64,000 nt of DNA from Nitrospirota bacterium. GTDB taxonomy: Bacteria > Nitrospirota > UBA9217. Numbering within the stretch: the stretch's first letter is position 1; every line of letters begins with the position of its first letter. Positions 20,698 to 31,166 of the stretch are shown in pieces. The notes under the pieces are model-generated. The model was not told the DNA's origin. It was given only the letters and a program-made list of their open reading frames with translations, and did no database searches. Where the stretch lies: contig CAVUHW010000012.1 in the NCBI GenBank assembly GCA_963741205.1, positions 89,152 through 153,151 on the forward strand. The letters run 5' to 3'. Position numbers and translations under genes: made by a program.

Positions 20698-22731
20698 TTA
20701 CTCCCTGCACGCGATCGACGGAAGCGTGATCGTGAAGGTCGCGCCCTTGCCGGGCTCGCTCTGCGACGTCGATGGCGCCGCGGTGCTCTTCCACGATCTT
20801 GTGGCAGATCGTAAGGCCGAGGCCGGTGCCTTCGCCGACGGGTTTCGTCGTGAAGAAGGGATCGAAGATCTTGCCGATCAGGTCGGCGGGGATCCCCGTC
20901 CCCCGTGTCCTTGACGGACAGCCGGATCCGGTTCGGGCATCCGGCAAGTCCCGGTCCCTGCAGCGCGTCGTCCTGGTCGGTCTTGATGAAGATGCTCCCT
21001 CCCTCGGGCGTGAAGTAGATGGCGTTCAGGAGGAGGTTCATCAAAAGCTGCCTGAGGCTCCCCGCGTCGGCATAGATCTTGGGGACCTCCCGGTTCAGGT
21101 CCAGCGAGAGGGTGTGCTTGAGCCGCGCGGTCCGGTGCTTAAGCAGGAGGAGCACTTCCTTGATGAGCTCGTTGATATCGATTTCGCGGAACGTGCCTGC
21201 CGAGGGCCGGGCGAACTCGAGCAGGCTTTTCAAGATCCCCTTGCACCGGAAGATCTCGCTGTGGATCGTCTTCAAGATATTCCGGGAAATCCTCGAACTC
21301 ACTGATCCCGGTCAGGGCCGCATCGTCCGCCCGGTCGAGGAGTGCCTCGGAGTAGCCGGCGATGATACCGAGCGGGTTGTTGATCTCATGGGCGATGCCG
21401 GCGACGAGCGTGCCCAGGGAGGCGAGCTTGTCCGTGCGGATGAGCTGCTGCTCGATGCGTTTCTGGGCCGTCACGTCCTTCAGGTAGTGGACGATGGCGT
21501 AGAGCCTGCCGTCTTCATCGATAAGCGGATAGGCCCAGAAATGGAAGATGCCGCCGCTGCCGTTTTTCAGCTCTTGAAACGACGGCCTCTTGCACGACAG
21601 GGTCTCCGAGCACAGGCATCCTCCGGTTACGGTGATGCCGATTTTGTCGAGGAGCTCCGCGCAGAGCTTGTTCGCGATCTCCGTCTTGGAATAGCCCGTC
21701 CGGGACAGGAGTGCATGGTTCGCGCGGATCACCCGCTGCCTGCCGTCCTCGATCCAGACCATGTCGGTGATCGCATCGAAGGTCCGCTCCCACTCTTTCT
21801 TCTCCGTCGAGATCTCCTCGAAGAGAAGCGCGTTCTCAAGGGCCACGGCGATGTGCTTGGCCACGGGGAGCAGGATCTCAAGGTCCTTTTCCGAATACTC
21901 CGACGGCCCGGCGCTGTCGAAGTTAAAGACGCCCAGCATGCGGTCATGGAACAGGGGAATGCTGATGGTCGAACGAATGCCCTCAGCAAGGAGCTTCCTG
22001 TCCAGCGGGAAGGGTGTTTCCCGGAGATCGCCGCTGATCCAGGGTTTGTTGTTCCGGACCACCCAGCCGGCGCTCGTGCCCTCGATCGGCGCCCTGACCC
22101 CCTTTTTCATCACCGTCTTCATTTCCGTGTCCAGGGCGAAGATCAGGAGGTTGTCGTCCTTTTCGTTATACAGGAGCAGGCTCGCCCTGCTGTAGTCGAT
22201 GATCTTCCGGAGTTCGGACACGACCATGCGGAAGATGGTCCCGATACTGAGGCTGGAGTTTATGATGCTGCTTAGCTCGTTGATCAGCTCGCCCTGCGCG
22301 GTTGCGTCCCGCTGGAGGCCGGAAGCGGTATCGACGCCCGCAGCCTTCTGGACGACGGCGTCTTTGACCACGATAATCATCCGGTCGGGCCGCTGGCCGC
22401 TGTTGGGAATGACAGCGATCTGCGACGCGAGCGGGCTGCTGTTCTTGCGGAAACAGAAGGCGCGCAGGGATGCTGAAGACCCGCCTTCCGCGGCCGCGTC
22501 GAATACAGCGTGGGTACCCGCGTCTTCGCGCTCCCGAAGGATGCTGTCGAGGGTTATGAAATTTTCGAGTTTCCGGCCGATGACATCGGCGCGTCGGCAT
22601 TCGAAGAAGGCGGGCACCATGTCGTTGCAGGAAAGAATGGTCCACTGCGAGTTGACGACGAAGGCCGGCATGGAAAGGACATCGAGCGTTCTGAGCACTT
22701 CTGCGCTGTCCTTATCGATCATGATTTTCAT
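20698..22731 (-). CDS. Cytoplasmic PAS-GAF-PAS sensor histidine kinase (frameshifted)
   Basis: AHEINNPL H-box, NLLLNA N-box and [16 protein letters not shown]. Confidence 0.92.
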
Positions 22732-22864
22732 ACAGTGTTATAATAACATACCGTGGATACCCCATCAACAGCAAAAGGGATAGCGATTGCGGATTGCGGC
22801 ATCGCTTGACATGGGCTGCGGCTCAGACTAATATTGGCCAATATCATTTGCAGGGAGCTGAGGC

Positions 22865-23815
22865 TTGAAAATCAGGATCGGACATCTTTCCACCTTTTAC
22901 CATACGGCAATACTCTTGATGGCCAAGGGCGACACGGACGCGCGGCTGGGCGCGGGGATCGAGTGGAGGCTCATGGGAACGGGGCCGGCGATCATGAAGG
23001 CCTTCGAGCAGGGGGAGCTCGACCTGGCATATATCGGGCTTCCGCCGGCGATCATCGGCATGGACCGGGGAATCGACGTCGTTTGCGTTGCCGGCGGCCA
23101 CGTGGAAGGCACGGTCATGGCCGGGAAGTCGCCGTGGAAAGGTCATCCCGATGTGGGGGACCTGGGGACCGTGTTGCGGCAGTTCCGGGGCCTGAAGATA
23201 GGCGTGCCCGGCAAAGGGTCCATCCATGATGTCATTCTGAAGGCCTGCATCGAACAGGAAGGTCTTACAGGGGAAATAGAGATTATGAACTATCCCTGGG
23301 CGGACCTGGTACTCGAAGCGGTGGTGCACGACGAGGTATCCGCGGCAATCGGCACGCCGGCCCTTGCCGTCGCCATCAAGAGATTCGCAGGGGGTAAGGT
23401 GCTTTGGCCGGCTGCCGGATTCTGGCCGAACAACCCAAGCTACGGGATCGTGGCGGACAGGGGTTTTCTGGCGCGGGAGACGAAAGCGGTGGAGCGGTTT
23501 CTTCGGCTTCATGAAGAAGCGACGGCGTTTATCAGGGGCCGGACGCGTGAGGCGGCAAGGCAAATAGCAGAGTTCGTCGCGGTCGTAGATGAGGATTTCG
23601 TGCTGGACACGCTCATGGTCTCGCCGAAGTACTGCGCCCAGCTTACGGAAGATTATATTGTTGCGACGATGAGGTTCGTGCCGGTTTTAAAGAAGATGGG
23701 ATATATCAAGTCGGACGTCACCCGCGAAAGGATATTTTCTCCCGGACTCATCCGGAAAGTCCATCCCGGGAAGGACCATTACAGCGACGGGATCGCTTCT
23801 CCGCTTCAAAGCTAA
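22865..23815 (+). CDS. NMT1/SsuA-type substrate-binding-fold protein; no permease adjacent and no clear signal peptide
   Basis: KIRIGHL, GELDLAYIGLPP and KIGVPGKGSIHD. Confidence 0.8.
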   Translation: MKIRIGHLSTFYHTAILLMAKGDTDARLGAGIEWRLMGTGPAIMKAFEQGELDLAYIGLPPAIIGMDRGIDVVCVAGGHVEGTVMAGKSPWKGHPDVGDLGTVLRQFRGLKIGVPGKGSIHDVILKACIEQEGLTGEIEIMNYPWADLVLEAVVHDEVSAAIGTPALAVAIKRFAGGKVLWPAAGFWPNNPSYGIVADRGFLARETKAVERFLRLHEEATAFIRGRTREAARQIAEFVAVVDEDFVLDTLMVSPKYCAQLTEDYIVATMRFVPVLKKMGYIKSDVTRERIFSPGLIRKVHPGKDHYSDGIASPLQS

Positions 23816-23840
23816 TCGGTCTTATAATCAACGTTGATCG

Positions 23841-24164
23841 TCATTTTTCTTTGATCTCGCCGTTTGCCGCTTTCCACGCGGCAATGCCGCCTTCAATGTA
23901 ACGGGCCTGCATCTTCTTGTCCAGGAGTCGGTCGAGCACCTTATTGCTGACCGACCCGCCGCGGACGCAGTAGATCACGACGTCTTTATCAGGCGGGAGT
24001 TCCCTGCTCCACTCGTCAACTTTGTCCGGATCCCGCCACACAGCGCCGGGGAGCGTATCCTTGTCCGCGTCGTAATCCGATTTACGCCGGACATCGAGAA
24101 GCATGATGTCCTTGCGTGAGGCTATCTGTACTTTCAAGTCTTCCGGTTTGATCGTTCGTTCCAC
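23841..24164 (-). CDS. Single-domain rhodanese-like protein
   Basis: LLDVR, LPGA, VIYCVRGGSVS and YIEGGIAAW. Confidence 0.88.
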   Translation of the reverse strand: MERTIKPEDLKVQIASRKDIMLLDVRRKSDYDADKDTLPGAVWRDPDKVDEWSRELPPDKDVVIYCVRGGSVSNKVLDRLLDKKMQARYIEGGIAAWKAANGEIKEK

Positions 24165-24182
24165 GGCGTCCTCCCCTCTTTG

Positions 24183-24488
24183 CTAATCAACGTGATAATC
24201 AACGACCGCCCTTCGCTCCCGCGCCTTGGCGATGAACTCGGCGACCTTCAGGTGTTCGGGGTGCTTCTGATAGAGCTCGAGGTCCTGTGCTGTATTGAAC
24301 TCGGAATACAGCACAACATCGTACGAGGCGTCGGAAGGAATGTCGTTGATGCCGACCTCGATATGACGGATTTGCGGGATTTTCGTTTTCAGGGCTTCGA
24401 GATCGTGCTTCATTTTTTTTACATTCTGAAGCCGGCTTCCGCATTCGGAAACCTCCTTCAGCTTCCACATCACGATATGTTTGATCAT
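24183..24488 (-). CDS. Dabb-family stress-responsive alpha/beta barrel protein
   Basis: MIKHIVMWK...YQKHPEH...VVDY. Confidence 0.9.
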   Translation of the reverse strand: MIKHIVMWKLKEVSECGSRLQNVKKMKHDLEALKTKIPQIRHIEVGINDIPSDASYDVVLYSEFNTAQDLELYQKHPEHLKVAEFIAKARERRAVVDYHVD

Positions 24489-24662
24489 CTTGCCTCTCCT
24501 CTCGAGGGACGCTGCTTGGATTGATTCGTGAGATTTATTTCAGTTGCTCTCCGATACGATTCTTTGTATTATAAAACCGTTTAACGGCATAGGGGCGCCG
24601 GGCATTCGGGTTTTTCCAATCATACACGGATAGCGTACAAAGCACAAGAGGGACAGGGCCGG

Positions 24663-25409
24663 ATGATAAGACGAATACTGCTCGTGTTTTCCTGTTTGGT
24701 CTTCATGGCCGGTTGTGCATCAAAGAAGACGCATGTGGAAAATACACCGGATGCCTCGCGTCCTGCGGCCAGGCCAGGGCAGAAGCCTTATACCGTCTTG
24801 GGTAAACGGTACGAGCCCCTCGCCTCCCATGAGGGCTTCGTGCAGAACGGAGTCGCCAGCTGGTACGGAAAGGATTTTCACGGGAAGAAAACGAGCAGCG
24901 GCGAGGTGTACGATATGAACGCCATGACCGCCGCCCACAAGACGCTTCCTCTCGGCGTCTACGTGAACGTGAGAAATGCCGAGAACGGCCGCGAAGCCGT
25001 TCTGCGCATCAATGACCGGGGACCCTTTGTGAAGGACCGGGTTATCGATCTGTCTTACGCCGCAGCGAAAAAGCTGGGCGTTGACATGGCCGGGACCGCG
25101 CGGGTCAGGATCGAGGCATTAGGATACCGTGAAAGCGGCTCGGAGCAGTACAGGTCGGTCGACAGCTACGACGCCGGCATGTATACGGTCCAGGTCGGCT
25201 CGTTTAAGGACCAGGGCAATGCAGAACGGCTGTCTTCGCTCATGCTAAGGCAGTCCGGATTTTCCAGGGTTAGCAAGGCGATTGTGAACGGCGAGGTCTT
25301 CTACCGCGTATTTGCGGGGAAATACACCTCTTTGAGGGCGGCTGAGAAGGCGGAGGCGGAATTTATCGAGAACGGCTATCCGGGGAGTTTTACGGTGGCA
25401 CTGGAGTAA
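24663..25409 (+). CDS. rlpA: Septal ring lytic transglycosylase RlpA with SPOR domain (lipoprotein)
   Basis: Lipobox MAGC, ASWYG, TAAHKTLP, NDRGPF, IDLS and SPOR motif VQVGSF. Confidence 0.93.
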   Translation: MIRRILLVFSCLVFMAGCASKKTHVENTPDASRPAARPGQKPYTVLGKRYEPLASHEGFVQNGVASWYGKDFHGKKTSSGEVYDMNAMTAAHKTLPLGVYVNVRNAENGREAVLRINDRGPFVKDRVIDLSYAAAKKLGVDMAGTARVRIEALGYRESGSEQYRSVDSYDAGMYTVQVGSFKDQGNAERLSSLMLRQSGFSRVSKAIVNGEVFYRVFAGKYTSLRAAEKAEAEFIENGYPGSFTVALE

Positions 25410-25541
25410 GGACCACATAAGGACTGAGTCATAGTAAGAGCGCATAAAAAAGGAGTCAACATGAAACCGTTGACTCCTTTGTCATTAATACGGTTCCCAT
25501 CCGGAGGTTCCGGATGGGAACCAATCAGTGCCGTGCTCTCA

Positions 25542-28113
25542 TCATGGTACCGTAAGCGTCGTGGTGCCGCTGATGCCGACGCCAACACCTTTCTTCACGC
25601 TGGCCTTTATAGTAGCGGTGCCGGTGCTCACACCTTTCGCAAGTCCCTTATTCTTTTTAGGAACATTGATGATCGTCGCGACGGCAGTATTTGAAGAGGT
25701 CCAGGTCAGATTCACGGAGGTGGTCAAATCCTGCGTGAGTCCACCGCTAAAGGTGCCGGTTGCCTTGAACTGCAGGGTCTTCCCGACGGCAACACTGCGG
25801 GTTGGCCGGTGTTATTGCAATACCCGTCAGCGCAGCCGATGATACGGTGAGCGCGGTCGTTCCAGTTTAGACACCCCGGCAATAGTAACGGTGGCGCTAA
25901 TGGTGGTCGAGCCGGCCCTGATGGGTGTCACCAGGCCATTGGAACCGGAAGCGTTACTGATGGACGCAATGGTCTTATTTGAAGACTTCCAGGTCACCTG
26001 GGTGGTCAGGTCCTGAGGATGTATGATACCATCCGAAAAGGTTCCCGTTGCCGTGAATTGCTGGGATGCCCCGAGGAAAATTGTTGCAGTGCCGGGCGTG
26101 ATCGTGATGGATGTCAGGGTAGCATTTGTTACGGTGAGAGTCACCGGAATGGCGTTTACTGTTCCCAATGCCGCTGTTATGCTGGTTGTCCCGGCCCCGA
26201 CAGATGTCGCCAGCCCCCTGGTGCTACCTGCATTGCTGATTGTCGCAACCGGGCCGTTTGATGAATTCCAGGCCACGAATGCGGTGATATCCTGGGAAGT
26301 GCCGTCGGAATAGGTTCCGGTCGCGGTAAACTGCAGTGTAGTTCCCTGGGCGATTGTAGGACGTGACGGACGTGATCGTGATGGATGCCAGCGTTGCCGA
26401 AGTTACGGTGAGCTTCGAAGTTCCCGAAATGCCTCCGAACGACGCCGTAATGGTCGTCTGACCCGGGGCAACGGGGGTGGCCAGTCCGTTGGAACCCGAT
26501 GCATTGCTGACCGAGGCAACCGCCGTATCCGATGAGCTCCAGGTCACCAGAGGCGTCAGGTCCTGCACGGAACCATCCGAAAAATTCCCGCTCGCCGAAA
26601 ACTGCTGGGTCAGCCCCATCGGGATGCTCGGATCGGTCGGCGCAACATCAATCGAAACCAGCACTGCCGAATCCACCGTAAGATCGGTGCTGCCAGAAAC
26701 GCCACTCAGTAAAGCGGAGATCGTAGTCAGTCCCGCTCCAACGGAGGTAGCCAGTCCCTGGGAGCCGGTGTATTGCTGACTGTGGCAACAGCGGTATTCG
26801 ACGAACTCCAGACCACATCCGCAGTCAGGTCCTCCGTGGTATTGTCCGAGAAAGTCCCCGTGGCAATGAACTGCTGGGGGGTCCCCAAGGCAATAGTCGG
26901 AATAGCAGGAGTAATGTCGATGGCTTGCAAGAGTTGCCGATGTCACGGTAAGAGTGGTGCTGCCGGATATCTCCCAACAGCGTTGCGGTAATGGTGGTCG
27001 AACCGGCTGCTACGGACGAGGCCAGGCCATTGGAGCCGGCGGCATTGCTGACAGCGGCAACGGCGGCATTTGACGAGCTCCAGGTCGCTTGCGTTGTCAG
27101 GTCCTGGACGGTATTGTCCGAGAAGGTTCCTGTTGCCGTAAACTGCTGGCTCCTGCCGAGCGCTAGACTCGGGTTGGGCGGCGTTACCCCGATCGATACC
27201 AGTGTGGCCGAGGTTACCGTAAGCGTGGTACTGCCTGAGATGGTTCCCGACGTTGCCGTGACAATGAGCCGAACCAGCAGCGGCGGATGTGGCCAGGCCA
27301 TTTGAACCGGCGGTGTTGCTGACAGAGGCAACGGCGGTATCTGACGAACTCCAGGTAACGGAGGCGGTAACGTCTTGTCTGGTATTGTCCGAAAAGATCC
27401 CGGTTGCCGTAAACTGCTTCGTCGTGCCAGAGCGCGATACTCGGGTTGGTCGGCGTTACCTCGATCGATACCAGTGCGGCCGAGGTTACCGTAAGTGTGG
27501 TTTGGCCTGAGACAGTTCCCGTTGTTGCCGTGATAAGGGCCGAACCAGGGGCGACGGATGTGGCCAGGCCGTTTGAGCCGGCAGTGTTGCTGACGGCGGC
27601 AACAGCGGCATCTGACGAAGTCCAGGTGACGGAGGTGGTAAGGTCTTGTCTGGTATTGTCCGAAAAAATGCCGGTGGCCGTCAACTGCTTCGTCGTACCA
27701 AACGCGATACTCGGGTTGGCCGGAGTTACCTCGATCGAGTCCAGTGTGGCCGATGTTACCGTAAGAGTGGCCCTGCCGGAGATAGCTCCCGACGTTGCCC
27801 TGATAAGGGTTGAACCAACGGCGAGGGATGTGGACAGGCCGTTGGAGCCGGCGGCGTTGCTGACATCGGCAATGGTGGCATCTGCCGCACTCCAGGTGAC
27901 GGAGGCGGTAAGGTCTTGTCTGGTATTATCCGAAAAAATCCCGGTGGCCGTCAACTGCTGTGTCGTGCCAAGCGCGATACTCGGGTTGGCTGGAGTTACC
28001 TCGATAGCGGCAAGACCTGTTGGAGAACTGCCACCGCCACCACAGCTAACCAGCAAACTCAATAACAGAACCCCGCACATCAGGCGGACAAACATATTCA
28101 ATGAAATTTTCAT
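25542..28113 (-). CDS. Lipoprotein with about 9 tandem Big_2 Ig-like domains, Leptospira Lig-like (frameshifted)
   Basis: Lipobox LVSC-GGGG; ~89-aa repeats I.VTP.NPSIA.G..QQ.TATG.FSD...QDLT..VTW.SS..AVA.VSN.AGS.GL. Confidence 0.88.
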
Positions 28114-28481
28114 AGCAAGCCTCCTCTTTTTTTCTGAGCGCCCCATTACCGCCAACCGTACTTAGGAACGATTATAAGCATTTTTTCGACGCATGTCAAC
28201 AAAAAAATGTCAAAACATAAAAAAATGTTCAACAGGGAGCGGTGAGACTGCTTGGAAGCAATCAGCAGACTTCGACGCGAGAACCGCCTTCTCAGCATTC
28301 CATTTCGCCCGGGCCGGCCTACTGCCCATTTGTTCAAAAAATGAATTTTTTTGTTGATTGCTTCGGCGAATTATGAAATAATTTAGTCTAATTTGTCACA
28401 CTGCAGTATCTTTATATACCGTCGCAATTACAATTGTTGTCCTGGAAACGCGTGTTGGTGAGAATTATTCTCAAAGAGAAA

Positions 28482-29309
28482 ATGATGAAATCAGTAAGAT
28501 GGAGTAGTCTGACCGTCATGTTATCCCTGGGTATGGGGATATTGGTGTTTCTGGTTTATTCAAGCACTGCGCTGGCCCAGACTACCTCCCGTTATACTAA
28601 AGAAGAGTGTAGGCGGTGTCATGCCAAGCGAGTGATTGACATTGCAGTAGCTGGAGGGGGACACAGCAGCGTCCCCTGCTTAGACTGCCATGCCGGTCAT
28701 CCGCCGGAAGTGCCGAAGGCAATTGCACCGTGCAGTAACTGCCATTTGAAGAGAAAGAATGAACATTTCGGAGCCACAGGCTGCCTTACCTGTCACATGA
28801 ATCCGCACAGACCCCTGGATATGTCATTCAAGGGCGCGAAAACAGACGACTGTCTCCCCTGCCACTTTTTGCAGGGTTCGCAACTCAGTGAAAATTTAAG
28901 CAAGCATTCCGCCCTCGAATGCTCAACCTGTCATGATGTCCACCGCAAATTCCCGCAGTGCACCCAGTGCCACAAACCGCACTCGGGAAAGATTGTCGGC
29001 AACTGCAGGCTATGCCACAACAATGCCCACATGCCAAAGCTTGCGGCCTTTCCTGACGCCGTGCCTTCAAACGACTGCAGCTCGTGCCACAAGAAGGCAG
29101 CCGACCTCATCAGCGCCACTACGTCAAGGCACAAGTCCTTCGCGTGCGCGCGCTGCCACCAGGGCAAGCACAATATGATACCGGCCTGCCAGGACTGCCA
29201 CGGGACGCCTCATCCCGAGGCCTTTATGGTAAAGTTCCCTGAATGCGGAGATTGCCACTACATCGCTCATGATTTGAATAACTGGCCTGCGACGGCGTCT
29301 TCGAATTAA
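28482..29309 (+). CDS. Dodecaheme c-type cytochrome
   Basis: Signal peptide and 12 CxxCH motifs in about 245 mature residues. Confidence 0.9.
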   Translation: MMKSVRWSSLTVMLSLGMGILVFLVYSSTALAQTTSRYTKEECRRCHAKRVIDIAVAGGGHSSVPCLDCHAGHPPEVPKAIAPCSNCHLKRKNEHFGATGCLTCHMNPHRPLDMSFKGAKTDDCLPCHFLQGSQLSENLSKHSALECSTCHDVHRKFPQCTQCHKPHSGKIVGNCRLCHNNAHMPKLAAFPDAVPSNDCSSCHKKAADLISATTSRHKSFACARCHQGKHNMIPACQDCHGTPHPEAFMVKFPECGDCHYIAHDLNNWPATASSN

Positions 29310-29360
29310 AAGGAACAAACGTCGAAGAAGAAACAGGCTATTACCATCACCAAACTCCGA

Positions 29361-29391
29361 AGGGCCTGTGATTTCACAGGTCCCTTTCTTT
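29361..29391 (+). terminator. Terminator after the dodecaheme cytochrome gene
   Basis: AGGGCCTGTG-ATTT-CACAGGTCCCT followed by TTCTTT. Confidence 0.65.
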
Positions 29392-29540
29392 GAAACCTGT
29401 ACTATCCAGGCAGTTGGATTCTATTGTGCTTGACACCCTCTTGACCCCCTCCCGAACTGTACGCCTAACGCGAACTGCACAATTACTGCACAATAAACAG
29501 AAAAGGAGTCAGCCAATGTTGGCTAACCCCTTGATTTACA

Positions 29541-29588
29541 TGGTGGGAGATGCTGGGTTTGAACCAGCGACCCCTGCCGTGTGAAGGC
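29541..29588 (-). repeat. att-like duplicate of the 3' 48 nt of tRNA-Val(CAC)
   Basis: Matches 30865-30912 with one mismatch. Confidence 0.93.
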
Positions 29589-29802
29589 GTCCTATAAGGC
29601 CAGAGAAATTTTCCGGCCTTTTCCTTTTCTTGCTTTTATTTACGTTTAGGATAATTTGCTGAATAAGCCGCTTTCCCTATTTTCCGCCAGATTCCGATCT
29701 CTACTTCACAATTCACTTCACAATGATACAAGGCACATAATAATGCCCGGAACAATCTCATAAAATCGAAATGGAGTCACACTTTTTTGCGAGCGTCTCG
29801 AT

Positions 29803-30030
29803 TTACATTGCGTGCGACGTTGGGTTCGAACCAGCAATCTTTGTCGTGTGAAGCCGTGTGTGCATGCTGACAAAAGTATTCTCCTTTAGCCCCTCATGTT
29901 TGATATTAAGGGAGGGTCTGAACTGATCAATTTTTTCATCTGCCTCCTTGGCTATCCACAAGCATGACACCAGAAAAACGATGTAAATGCAACCGCAGGA
30001 TAAAAGTATTGTCCATAAAATCCAGCTCAT
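29803..30030 (-). CDS. Small hypothetical membrane protein
   Basis: RBS GGAGG and a hydrophobic N-terminus; the tail runs into the decayed att copy. Confidence 0.35.
   Translation of the reverse strand: MSWILWTILLSCGCIYIVFLVSCLWIAKEADEKIDQFRPSLNIKHEGLKENTFVSMHTRLHTTKIAGSNPTSHAM
29805..29855 (-). repeat. Second, more decayed copy of the tRNA-Val 3' end
   Basis: ACATTGCGTGCGACGTTGGGTTCGAACCAGCAATCTTTGTCGTGTGAAGCC aligns without gaps to the tRNA end. Confidence 0.8.
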
Positions 30031-30185
30031 GGCCCTAATACCTCCGCTGTAAGGATTGACTACATCGAAGCTCCTGACGTGTGAAAGTCCTCCTCCGCTA
30101 CATGGCTAGCGTTTTCCTTTTCATTAAAGACAACAGCGGTATATCTACTTTGAAAATCCAGCAAGAAAAGCAGTCCTTAAAGAAA

Positions 30186-30377
30186 TCACGATTTTTTCAG
30201 CCCAATTTTATTTAGTTCTTCTGGTATGGCTTTTGCTAAAATCAGTCTTATGATTTCGCTTTCAGAGCGATTAGAATAAATGCCATCATTATCCTGCAAC
30301 TTCTTAATCATCCCTTTCAGGTCACCATCTTTGTCCTTGTCATAATAGGCAGAAATTTTTTCTGTTTTCTTAGCCAT
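30186..30377 (-). CDS. Small ribbon-helix-helix-like DNA-binding protein
   Basis: 63 aa; KISAY beta-strand and RSESEIIRLIL helix pattern. Confidence 0.55.
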   Translation of the reverse strand: MAKKTEKISAYYDKDKDGDLKGMIKKLQDNDGIYSNRSESEIIRLILAKAIPEELNKIGLKKS

Positions 30378-30535
30378 AAACTATTTTTGAGATAGGAACC
30401 TCCGCTATATTGATTTATATTAGACTATATTAGTTCGTTTCGAATTGTACCGTAGTATTCCTTTATAGAGTAGTCTAATCTAAACTGTGGGTTTTTGTCA
30501 AGACAAAAAGTAAAATTAGAATAATTTCATGGTTT

Positions 30536-30841
30536 GTGTTTTCGGGTAAGGCACGCACCAAGATCATTACCAGAAATCTTCTCAGAGCGCGCTATTCAGC
30601 ACGCAAAACCGCAAAGCCTGCAGGTATCTGTTTCCATGATCTCCGGTTTACTTTCGCAACCAGGCTTGTGCAATCCGGTATTGATCTTTATGTGGTAAAA
30701 GAGCTTCTCGGACATAAGACCATTACCATGAAAATGCGGTATGCACACCACTTCCCCGAATCTCTCAGACGTGGTGTCGAGGTTTTGGATACTTGGGGGG
30801 GCACAAAAAGGGGCACAGTCAATAAAAAAGAGCTACGGTAA
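30536..30841 (+). pseudogene. Tyrosine integrase C-terminal fragment
   Basis: FHDLRFTFATRL...VKELLGH...MRYAH; N-terminal domains absent; abuts the tRNA 3' end. Confidence 0.88.
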
Positions 30842-30864
30842 AGACCGTAACTCTTTGATTAACA

Positions 30865-30939
30865 TGGTGGGCGATGCTGGGTTTGAACCAGCGACCCCTG
30901 CCGTGTGAAGGCAGTGCTCTCCCGCTGAGCTAATCGCCC
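30865..30939 (-). tRNA. tRNA-Val (anticodon CAC), CCA encoded
   Basis: GGGCGATTAGCTCAGCGGGAGAGCACTGCCTTCACACGGCAGGGGTCGCTGGTTCAAACCCAGCATCGCCCACCA forms a cloverleaf. Confidence 0.97.
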
Positions 30940-31046
30940 GAAGCGATTATTTTTTAACACAGGCAGCGTTGGTTAGTCAAGTTAAATCTGCCATTTCCAA
31001 GGAGCCGGGTCGCATCAGGTGGTCCGCCTTATGACTTTCTCTCAGA

Positions 31047-31129
31047 TGTCCTTCCCGAGGATTTTATTGGGAATCCGGTTTTTGAATGTGAGTAAACCAT
31101 ATCCCCGATAGAATCATTCGGGGATGACA
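31047..31129. repeat. REP-like palindromic element (GTCATTCC...GGAATGAC family)
   Basis: TGTCCTTCCCGA...GGGAATCC...CCCCGATAGAATCATTCGGGGATGACA; core shared with 49991-50010 and 62199-62218. Confidence 0.65.
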
Positions 31130-31166
31130 TGAAAAAACGCTGTAGACAAGACCAACATAATTCTGG

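Larger units (their letters stand above)
29541..30912. mobile_element. Degenerate tRNA-Val-integrated island remnant (~1.3 kb)
   Basis: Bounded by tRNA 3'-end direct repeats; AT-rich; contains an integrase fragment and an RHH-like gene. Confidence 0.85.

Noticed and set aside
25542-28113. CRISPR array or non-coding tandem repeat
   Set aside because: The ~267-bp period corresponds to coding Ig domains. There is no repeat-spacer structure and no cas gene.
29541-29588. A second tRNA-Val gene
   Set aside because: It lacks the 5' acceptor strand and the D arm, so it is an att duplicate.
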